DNA of 32,000 bases from Candidatus Saccharimonadota bacterium (lineage in GTDB: Archaea > Micrarchaeota > Micrarchaeia > Micrarchaeales > Micrarchaeaceae), in contig AP024486.1 in assembly GCA_021654395.1 (NCBI GenBank), positions 630,001-662,000 on the forward strand. Reading direction: 5' to 3'. The translations under genes and the position numbers were made by a program. The number at the start of each line of letters is the position of its first letter. Position 1 is the stretch's first letter. The notes beneath the pieces were generated by a model that ran no database searches, was not told the DNA's origin, and saw nothing but the letters and a program-made list of their open reading frames with translations. This document shows, one piece after another, positions 1-7,477 of the stretch.

Positions 1-36
1 AGCATAGAATTACTTATCCTCTAATTATTGTATTAT

Positions 37-390
37 CTATACTGCTAAGCTTATCTTGATATATAATAGTAAGACAGCAAGTCTTATTAGCGTGGATCTA
101 TCTATGTTATATGCTCTCTCGAGCTCATCCATTCTTTCTAGAGTTTTATCATCTACCTTAAAGCAGTGTATAAGGCCTCCAATGAAGGTCATATTTGCAT
201 CATCTATCAAAGCTTTATCAAGCCTCTCTGATCTATTATATCTATTGAATAGATTCTCTAAGCAGTATCTTATTAGATCTGATGACGTTTTTAGATTAAG
301 CTTTGCTCTGAGCTCTTTAAGTAGATTATCAAACTCTCCATTAGATTTAAAAGTCACTATATTATTAAGGCGTTCCTTATTCGCATTCAT
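37..390 (-). CDS. tandem ribbon-helix-helix (CopG/Arc-like) DNA-binding protein, 117 aa
   Basis: ATG at 388-390. Two consecutive strand-helix-turn-helix units fit the RHH pattern: IVTFKS..EFDNLLKELRAKLN..SSDLIRYCLENLF and HCFKVD..KTLERMDELERAYN..DRSTLIRLAVLLLY. The overlapping + strand ORF 56-430 is a Ser/Leu-rich antisense shadow. Confidence 0.5.
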   Translation of the reverse strand: MNANKERLNNIVTFKSNGEFDNLLKELRAKLNLKTSSDLIRYCLENLFNRYNRSERLDKALIDDANMTFIGGLIHCFKVDDKTLERMDELERAYNIDRSTLIRLAVLLLYIKISLAV

Positions 391-633
391 ACTTATCTAC
401 TTTAATTATCTCATAATAAGTAATCCATAGCTTAAAAGCTTAACTATATATAACAGCCATAGTCGAGATAACTTTAATTTTATAATCATTTAATATCTGC
501 ATAAAGCATATATTTAATAAAAGAGCATAAGCTTCTATGCCTTATATGTAACATAGCTTTATTAGTAGCAAGGACTATATTTAAAAGCTTTGCTAGAAAG
601 GTTAATATATTATATAATAAGTAAAGATAGAAT

Positions 634-2130
634 ATGGCTTCTAAAAGCACTGATAATAAATCAGAGTACTTAGATGCACTATCGTATGAGAAGGATTTAG
701 TAGAGGATATATTAAATAGTCTAAGCGATAATGATACATATCTAAAGAAGATATTTACTGTATATAGATCTAATCTAGAGGCTCTTTTGGATATATTAAA
801 TAATGAGGAATTAAATGGCGTTGTAGCTAACCTCTATAAGCTTCTACTTTTAGAGAACAGTGGAGATATAGGATATAATCTATCAGAGCTGCTTAAAAGA
901 AAAGATGATAGAATAAGCGATAGAGGCAGGGATCTTATAAAGAAGTTTATGGAGGATTCTATAATCTTAAGTAAAGATAAGAATAGCTCTAAAGAGTCTT
1001 TAGAGCGCCATCAAGCAATTAATAGGCTTAAGCTAGAGGCCATTGACCAGATTAATAAGAGTCCTGATGCTTCTCTAGTAGATTATGCCAAGTTTAATAT
1101 ATCAAAAGATAAAATCATAAACAATAAAAGCTATGATCCAAATACTAGTATAATTATAGAGCAGATTAAATTTATATACGATGAGATTAAGGGAATAAAA
1201 GATCATAGAGACTCAATGTCTAATAGTAATCAATATAAGGATGAAGAAGCAAGCATGATTGTAGCAAGACTTATACTTCTTGCTAGAAGAAGGGGAATAG
1301 AGCTACTATTTAGCAATATCTCTTATGAAGAGCTTAAAGAGATATCCAAAGCATATGTGTTATTTCCACTTGTAGTTTCTGATAATACTGATGCTGATTC
1401 AAATAAAATAGATAGGGCATTAAATGCAGTCAGAGCAGAGCTGCAGAGCAGATCTATAATAACTGTATTCAAAGAGTACGAGAGGCTAATAGCTTATTAC
1501 GGAAGTTATAAAAATGAAGGCATTATTCCAAGCTCTTTTGTAGATCAGTTAAGTGATTATAATGGATCTTATATAAAAAAGATCTCTGGACTTATATCTA
1601 ATGCTAATAAAACAGCTTCATATAAAAGATATATTAAAGATCTGTTAGATATATACAAGCTTCATAAAAGTCTACAAAAAGATCTAAACAATTTAAATAA
1701 GATGCACCTGAGCAGCCCGATTAGAGATGAATCTATAGATACTAAGAAGATAGAGTATTCAAAGGCTATTCTAGATAAGATAGATGAGATAAGATCTAAG
1801 CTAGATGAATTTACCCTTAATCTTTCAAGCTCATATATAGAAGCATCTATAAATAATAGTAAGGATAAGCTAGAGATGCTTGACCTAATATATGATATAT
1901 TAATTAATAATCCTTTAATATCTAGTAGCTCTATAGATCATATCTCAAGAACGTTAGTATTTAGATTTATAGGTATTAGTAAGGAGCAGCCGGATAAAAG
2001 AGATGAGGTTGAGCTAAAAAAGTTAAATTTAATAATAAAGGATTCTATCTCTAGATATACAAATCCATACAGAATAGAGATAGAATTTTTAATAAGACTA
2101 TTTAATAAAGAGGATCTTGAGCTGATCTGA
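634..2130 (+). CDS. hypothetical large all-alpha protein (498 aa), no recognisable motif
   Basis: ATG at 634 with an A/T-rich TATA-like box about 15-30 nt upstream (603-620). The long ORF has helix-favouring K/E/D/I/L/N composition, no TM segment and no catalytic motif I recognise. The N-terminus MASKSTDNKS resembles those of the other orphans in this window. Confidence 0.75.
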   Translation: MASKSTDNKSEYLDALSYEKDLVEDILNSLSDNDTYLKKIFTVYRSNLEALLDILNNEELNGVVANLYKLLLLENSGDIGYNLSELLKRKDDRISDRGRDLIKKFMEDSIILSKDKNSSKESLERHQAINRLKLEAIDQINKSPDASLVDYAKFNISKDKIINNKSYDPNTSIIIEQIKFIYDEIKGIKDHRDSMSNSNQYKDEEASMIVARLILLARRRGIELLFSNISYEELKEISKAYVLFPLVVSDNTDADSNKIDRALNAVRAELQSRSIITVFKEYERLIAYYGSYKNEGIIPSSFVDQLSDYNGSYIKKISGLISNANKTASYKRYIKDLLDIYKLHKSLQKDLNNLNKMHLSSPIRDESIDTKKIEYSKAILDKIDEIRSKLDEFTLNLSSSYIEASINNSKDKLEMLDLIYDILINNPLISSSSIDHISRTLVFRFIGISKEQPDKRDEVELKKLNLIIKDSISRYTNPYRIEIEFLIRLFNKEDLELI

Positions 2131-2155
2131 TGCTTATCATATGGTGTGAATAGCT

Positions 2156-3766
2156 ATGACCAGTATAAGTAAGAATAATAGCGAAGATAAGAAAAAGACG
2201 CTCAATATAATTGATGAAGAGATAAAGCTAGTTAATGGATATGAAAAAGCAGCTAAAGGCGATAATTTCTGGATCTTCAAGCTTGCAAGAGTGTCGCTAG
2301 AAAGTATAAGTAATATATTAAATAGCAATGAGAATTTTTCAATGAGGTTCATACCACTAATCATACATGATGTAAGAAGCATCTTTTTACATAGACTGAG
2401 CTTCCTTCTTATAAACTATGGAAGAGGCGAAGAGCTAGAGCAGCTAAAAGATTATATATCGAAGTCTAGCTTTATAAGCGATTATACTGGCTTTATAAAT
2501 AAAGATAATAGTAAAGTTAAGGAGTTCGATAAGCTATTTTTAGAAGGAATACTAGAAAAGTATAATGATTCAAAGAAAGTTATAGTAGATCAAGGATTTA
2601 TCAAAATAATTGAAAATATAGATATAGAGCCATTAAGGAATGAGATAGCCAAGATTATAGATAAAGTTAAGGCAGATCTCCCTACTAATATAACTATCCT
2701 ATTATCATTTAAATATATGGAGCTAGCTTATGATATTCTAGAAGTAAATATCAAAGAGATTAGTGGTAATGAGAATCAAAATGACGTTTCATATTTTATG
2801 AAGCACCATTTCTTGTTAAATATGATAGAAGAGATGGTTGATAGTATTCATTCTATAGTTACAACAAATATAAGTGAAGAAGATAGAAAAAGAATAATAA
2901 GGAGCCTAGGATTGGAGCCGCTTGTATATAGATTGCTATTATATGAAGGAGATCAAGCTAATAGCAATAAAGATGCAGATCAGAAGAGGCTAACGCTTTT
3001 CTACAACTCAGATAGTTTAATGTTAGCATCAAAGGTATATATGAGCATGGTAATTATGGGTTTTACCACCTATAGGTTAAAAGAAGAGTATAACGGTCTA
3101 AAAGGCAAGCTTGGTAATATATTACTATGTAAGTCTCTTATTGAATTCTATACTGGACTTAATCAATTTCCTACTCTAGGATCGCAGTATGGCTACCAGA
3201 ACAAATTTGATATTAAAAGATATTACAATATAATAAAAGATTCTAGCTATAATAAGATAATAAGAGATTCTATAAATAAAGTACTTGAAGGTCATAAGAA
3301 GCTAATAGAAATATTTAGTAACTATGAAGATAAAAAGATAGTTGAATTACTTGATAATGATGATTATGAAAATCTAGATAATGAAAGTAAGAAAATACTA
3401 TATCATATGGCTACTGCATTAAAGAGCATAGATGATGGATATGCAGAGCTATATAAAGAGCTAGTATCAAATAACAACATAGATGTAGATAAACTAGATG
3501 AGGTAGCAGATCTAATAATCAGCGATCCACTATCAGGCGAGCACACACTAAAGCTACTAATTAAGTACTATATATCTAGAGCAGTAGCTTTGGTTGGTAG
3601 CGATATTATATATAATGAAAAGATCGATAATAATCCTAAAGCCCTAAGTTACATTGGGAAGGCAGTCCTAACAATGATAGGAGCAAATAGCCTAGCAATT
3701 CAGATATTAAATTTTTACACCAGACTATTGTATAAAAGAATATTAGGATCTATAAAAAATATATAA
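2156..3766 (+). CDS. hypothetical large all-alpha protein (536 aa)
   Basis: ATG at 2156, 25 nt after the upstream stop, with an SD-like GGTG at 2143-2146. This suggests an operon with 634-2130. Helical composition, N-terminus MTSISKNNSEDKKK. The antisense ORF 2137-2382 is a shadow. Confidence 0.75.
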   Translation: MTSISKNNSEDKKKTLNIIDEEIKLVNGYEKAAKGDNFWIFKLARVSLESISNILNSNENFSMRFIPLIIHDVRSIFLHRLSFLLINYGRGEELEQLKDYISKSSFISDYTGFINKDNSKVKEFDKLFLEGILEKYNDSKKVIVDQGFIKIIENIDIEPLRNEIAKIIDKVKADLPTNITILLSFKYMELAYDILEVNIKEISGNENQNDVSYFMKHHFLLNMIEEMVDSIHSIVTTNISEEDRKRIIRSLGLEPLVYRLLLYEGDQANSNKDADQKRLTLFYNSDSLMLASKVYMSMVIMGFTTYRLKEEYNGLKGKLGNILLCKSLIEFYTGLNQFPTLGSQYGYQNKFDIKRYYNIIKDSSYNKIIRDSINKVLEGHKKLIEIFSNYEDKKIVELLDNDDYENLDNESKKILYHMATALKSIDDGYAELYKELVSNNNIDVDKLDEVADLIISDPLSGEHTLKLLIKYYISRAVALVGSDIIYNEKIDNNPKALSYIGKAVLTMIGANSLAIQILNFYTRLLYKRILGSIKNI

Positions 3767-3783
3767 ATATTCAGATAAAAGAT

Positions 3784-5517
3784 CTAGATATCGTAATCAT
3801 CTATAGAGTCTATGCATATAGCATCTACATTATATCTTGATATAAGATTCTCTAGTAGCTCCTCATTTGGAAGTACAAATATCGGCTTATAATGCATCCT
3901 ATCTGCTCTCTCTAATGCTCTCTTTATCTCTGATTCTCTAGTATTTGTCTGAACCTCATATACCTTATAAGGCTTATCCTCCCAGCTCTTATTGTCTAAG
4001 GATCTATAAACAAGAAGATCTGGTGAATCTCCGGATCCAGATACTATCAGATTACCTCTTAGCTGCTCATATCTTATAAGCTTATGCATCATAGCTTTAT
4101 GTAGCTCACCTCCAGAGAGTAAGCCTTGTCTCATTATAATTATACTAGGATCAACTATTGATAAAGCCTTATAAGATAGCTTACTATTCTCTATATAGCC
4201 TAGCGCGGTAGCTTTCTCTAGTATACTAAGATTTCTCTTATCTCCATATAGAGAGGCTCTGCTAATAAGCTTATTCTTTATAAGAAGCTCCTCTGCTCTC
4301 TTTATGCTAGATGCGTAATAAAGATAGACTAGAAATCTATATACTAATGGATCTACTCTATCTACGCTATTATTGCTATTATAAGCTGCATTACTAATAT
4401 CTCTCTTTCTCTTTAAGCTGTAGAGATAAGCTCTATCTGAGAGTCTATCTATAATAAGATACTCCATATCGGATAGCTTTCTTATAATATTAGCGTAGCT
4501 CTTGCTTATATTATATCTTAATGCCTTATAATCGTCTATCTGATATCTTGCAAATATAAGATATCTTGAGTTATCTATAGCAACCTTACTTAAGTCCTCA
4601 AGCTCTTGTGTTGAAACAACTACTCTTATACTATACTTCCTTGAATCTCTGTATAGCTTCTCTATTATGCTAAGATTAGAGCTACTTGCTATCAATCCGA
4701 AGTCGTCTATTATTACGCTTTTTCTTCTACTAGATCTTGTCAAGAGCAGTATCATATTCAAAAGCAGATCTATCTCCTGCTGGTTAAGCTTATCTATCTT
4801 TATAACAGTATTATTAGATAGTATTCCATCTATATCATCTATCAGAGAGTATGCTTCATTAAGAAGCTCTAATCTCTCTAGCATATATCTATAATGTAGC
4901 TTTATATCAGAATCTTTCTCTTTATAGTAGCTCTGTCTTATATAGCTTATTAGATCTCCAATACTAAGTCTACCTTTCTTATCAAGATACTTCATCGCTT
5001 TTAGTAGCTTGAGATACTGTAGCTCTGTTAATCCTATAGAGTCTCTTATTATGCCAGCGATCTTCTTTAATCCATAGCGGCTTATTAGATAGCTGCTTAA
5101 AGGATCTATAACTGCATTTTCTATAATATGAGAGCTTGAGCTATAGTAGCTATCGTCCAAAGTTATTAATATATAGCTATCTTTTAGCAGAAGCTCTTTT
5201 ATGAAGCTTGTCTTCCCACTGCCGGTTGCGCCTACTATGAATATATTAGAAGGGCGCATATCCTCAAATCTTATTACTTTATCTATATCCTCAAATCTAT
5301 TGTCTTTTATATCAAGAAGCTGCTCTCTTCCAAGAGTTAGATTTAGTATAGCTAATGAAAGAGTAAGAGCTAAAGCAGAGCATATAATATATAAATCCCT
5401 ATAGAAAGCAGAATGGATTAGAGGAGATACTAGAAGATATAAGATTATGTATATAGAAGTAAATACTATAAATCTTTTAACTGTTATATAATAAAGCCTC
5501 TTATCTAATAGGCCCAT
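3784..5517 (-). CDS. membrane-anchored HerA/VirB4/FtsK-type P-loop ATPase with C-terminal wHTH and Hjc-like PD-(D/E)xK nuclease module (577 aa)
   Basis: ATG at 5515-5517. Two N-terminal hydrophobic helices (about aa 16-36 and 42-62). Walker A GATGSGKT (aa 96-103, nt 5209-5232), Walker B SVIIDD (aa 267-272), and RDSRKYSIRVVVSTQELEDL (aa 290-309), the RK..TQ signature typical of HerA/VirB4. A wHTH-like segment spans about aa 390-455. The C-terminal GGELH..LIVSGSGDSPDLLVY..YKVYEVQT has the pattern of archaeal Hjc (E..GS..D..E-x-K), with Gln in place of Lys. Confidence 0.7.
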   Translation of the reverse strand: MGLLDKRLYYITVKRFIVFTSIYIILYLLVSPLIHSAFYRDLYIICSALALTLSLAILNLTLGREQLLDIKDNRFEDIDKVIRFEDMRPSNIFIVGATGSGKTSFIKELLLKDSYILITLDDSYYSSSSHIIENAVIDPLSSYLISRYGLKKIAGIIRDSIGLTELQYLKLLKAMKYLDKKGRLSIGDLISYIRQSYYKEKDSDIKLHYRYMLERLELLNEAYSLIDDIDGILSNNTVIKIDKLNQQEIDLLLNMILLLTRSSRRKSVIIDDFGLIASSSNLSIIEKLYRDSRKYSIRVVVSTQELEDLSKVAIDNSRYLIFARYQIDDYKALRYNISKSYANIIRKLSDMEYLIIDRLSDRAYLYSLKRKRDISNAAYNSNNSVDRVDPLVYRFLVYLYYASSIKRAEELLIKNKLISRASLYGDKRNLSILEKATALGYIENSKLSYKALSIVDPSIIIMRQGLLSGGELHKAMMHKLIRYEQLRGNLIVSGSGDSPDLLVYRSLDNKSWEDKPYKVYEVQTNTRESEIKRALERADRMHYKPIFVLPNEELLENLISRYNVDAICIDSIDDYDI

Positions 5518-5565
5518 ATCTAATATTTTTAGATCTTTAATCTTATATAGATTGCTTTATATAAG

Positions 5566-5639
5566 CGGGGTCGCCGAGATTTGAACTCGGATATCCAGCG
5601 CCCGAGGCTGGAAGTCTAACCAGGTTAGCTTACGACCCC
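5566..5639 (-). tRNA. tRNA-Pro: tRNA-Pro (anticodon CGG), no intron, CCA not encoded
   Basis: The reverse complement folds as a cloverleaf. Acceptor GGGGTCG/CGACCCC, D arm with A14, G18G19 and A21 (one C-A mismatch in the stem). Anticodon stem CCAGC/GCTGG with loop CTCGGGC (T33, anticodon CGG, G37 as expected for tRNA-Pro). T arm CCGAG-TTCAAAT-CTCGG. 74 nt including the discriminator. Confidence 0.88.
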
Positions 5640-5653
5640 TTAATATACTATTC

Positions 5654-5995
5654 TTAATAGTAATTTATTACAAGGCTTCCACGACCTTTCTTTATGCTTA
5701 TCTTACTCTTCTCAATACTTATCATTATTATACTACCTTGCATATACTCTTTTGATATGCTAATATTATCTCCATTCTTAGTAATAAAGTAACTGCTCTC
5801 TTTAAGTACTCCTAAGCTAAATACTTTATTATCTTTATAGTATAATACTATATACCTTCCATCATACCTCTTTTTAATTACGAATTGTATACTTTCTTTA
5901 TCATATGAATATGATATCAGTATATCTGATTTATCTAAAACAGAGCGATCTATATAAGCTGCTTTATTCTCTTTAACATATATACTATTAAACAA
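5654..5995 (-). CDS. hypothetical small beta-rich protein (113 aa); coding status uncertain
   Basis: The only possible start is TTG at 5993-5995; an in-frame stop lies 7 codons upstream and there is no N-terminal ATG. The stop is 15 nt from the tRNA 5' end, so the tRNA promoter must overlap the ORF's 3' end. Composition is strand-favouring, with a weak FHA-like spacing of motifs. Confidence 0.4.
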   Translation of the reverse strand: MFNSIYVKENKAAYIDRSVLDKSDILISYSYDKESIQFVIKKRYDGRYIVLYYKDNKVFSLGVLKESSYFITKNGDNISISKEYMQGSIIMISIEKSKISIKKGRGSLVINYY

Positions 5996-6053
5996 GCTAT
6001 AGCACCTGCTTACTCAATCAATTATCTATAAAAGTAAGAAGATATTATTAATC

Positions 6054-7424
6054 TTAGCTTCTAGTTAAGTCTTTGCTCTTTCTATTTTCAGATCTAAGCA
6101 GCTCCTTAAATGCATTTAGAGATTCTATAAGATCATCACTATTATCTTGAATTCTCATTACCACTAATCTTAGAAAGTACTTATGCAGATCTTCATCATC
6201 TATTACTATATTTGGTGCATTATAAGTATTAAGCCTAGAATCCTCTCTTACAATTCTATTTAAGTCATCTAATACGCGATATCCTTTATTACCTTGATGA
6301 TCTTCATTATCTAAAAGATTCATAACAGATTCTAAATCAATAACTTCTAGTATCTCAAGCACCGAATTAGCTAGCTTTACAGGATTATATCTCTTATTAC
6401 TTAAGATCTCACTAATCAGTAAATTGAATGCAGCTGCATTATTATCTTTATTATAGCTCATAAATCTATCAATAATGCGTTTAGCTATATCATTATCTTT
6501 AGTAGTCCTTAGCGCTACTAATGCGGCATTTGGTACCTTAAACATATCTATTTTAGTACCAAATGTATACTTAGAAAGCTCTTCCAGAAAGTTATCATCT
6601 GCTTTTACAATACGATCTTTTAATCTAGCAAGCCTATTCAAGAGCTCCTTACTCATTAAGCTGTCTAGCTCTTTTATAGCATTATTAGGATCTTCGCTCT
6701 CGCTTAAATATTTAAGAATATTAAAGAATATGTCCTCTATATCTCTTATATCTGGTGCATCTATCCTTTTTAAGATATTCTTTATTCTATCTTTGTACTT
6801 ATCTATGCTATCAAATAGCCCTTTGTATCTATCAAACAGCTCAGATATATTTTTAGTATCCATAGACTGTTCTTTTATGCCTTTATCTATACTATCAAGT
6901 ACTACAGATCTTCTATATTCATATAGCCAGTCTCTTATGAATGCTTTCTCATCGTTATTACTGCCCATACTATCTGCTATACGCTCTATAGATCCATCAG
7001 TATATCTATAAAGATCAGCGAATCCCTTAGCTATCTTCTCAGCATCTTCATTTCGGCCATCCTTTAGTAGAGTGTTTACCTTATCTACAATGTCATCTAT
7101 ATATTTAAGCTCAACGGCAGAGTTTAGTGATAGATACTCCCTGCCTTTAGTTTCTCCATATAGCTTACATCTCTTATTTATGCTGTTAAATCCATCTACG
7201 AAATTCTCAATAACGCTAACAAACTCACCTACTAATGAGCCATTTTGATCCTTACTACCTTTCTCTATAGATACTAGCTCATTAATATGTTCCATAAATT
7301 TATTTAATACAGATTTACCATCCGTTGAAGTATTTACTATGCTATATAGCTCATTCTTTAATCTAACTGGTAGTATATTATCTATATCTGAGCTATTACT
7401 CTTACTCGGCATATATATTACCAT
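6054..7424 (-). CDS. hypothetical large all-alpha protein (456 aa; alternative start at 7412)
   Basis: ATG at 7424 and a second ATG at 7412. The second gives MPSKSNSSD, which matches the Ser/Lys-rich N-termini of the other orphans. A TATA-like TATTTATAT lies in the 53-nt spacer upstream. Helical composition. The antisense ORF 6475-7011 is a Ser/Leu shadow. Confidence 0.75.
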   Translation of the reverse strand: MVIYMPSKSNSSDIDNILPVRLKNELYSIVNTSTDGKSVLNKFMEHINELVSIEKGSKDQNGSLVGEFVSVIENFVDGFNSINKRCKLYGETKGREYLSLNSAVELKYIDDIVDKVNTLLKDGRNEDAEKIAKGFADLYRYTDGSIERIADSMGSNNDEKAFIRDWLYEYRRSVVLDSIDKGIKEQSMDTKNISELFDRYKGLFDSIDKYKDRIKNILKRIDAPDIRDIEDIFFNILKYLSESEDPNNAIKELDSLMSKELLNRLARLKDRIVKADDNFLEELSKYTFGTKIDMFKVPNAALVALRTTKDNDIAKRIIDRFMSYNKDNNAAAFNLLISEILSNKRYNPVKLANSVLEILEVIDLESVMNLLDNEDHQGNKGYRVLDDLNRIVREDSRLNTYNAPNIVIDDEDLHKYFLRLVVMRIQDNSDDLIESLNAFKELLRSENRKSKDLTRS

Positions 7425-7477
7425 CTAGTAAATGATACTTTAAGATTATGTGATATAAATACCTTCTTGCATAAACT

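Noticed and set aside
56-430. 124-aa + strand ORF overlapping the RHH gene. Similar ORFs occur at 2137-2382, 4667-4894, 5201-5404, 6475-7011, 11554-11775, 15548-15760, 18254-18505, 19090-19431 and 22814-23197.
   Set aside because: All lie antisense to longer ORFs that have recognisable motifs or normal composition. Their translations are Ser/Leu/Ile-rich low-complexity strings, which is what the reverse frame of Lys/Glu/Asp/Ile-rich genes in AT-rich DNA produces. They are treated as shadow ORFs.
3784-5995. Type VII secretion-like interpretation (FtsK-family membrane ATPase plus FHA-like protein, with the helical proteins as substrates).
   Set aside because: The FHA resemblance is weak and the key residues are absent. 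There is a single ATPase domain rather than an EssC-like array. There are no WXG100-size helical hairpin genes. The C-terminal wHTH and nuclease module points to DNA, not protein, as the substrate.
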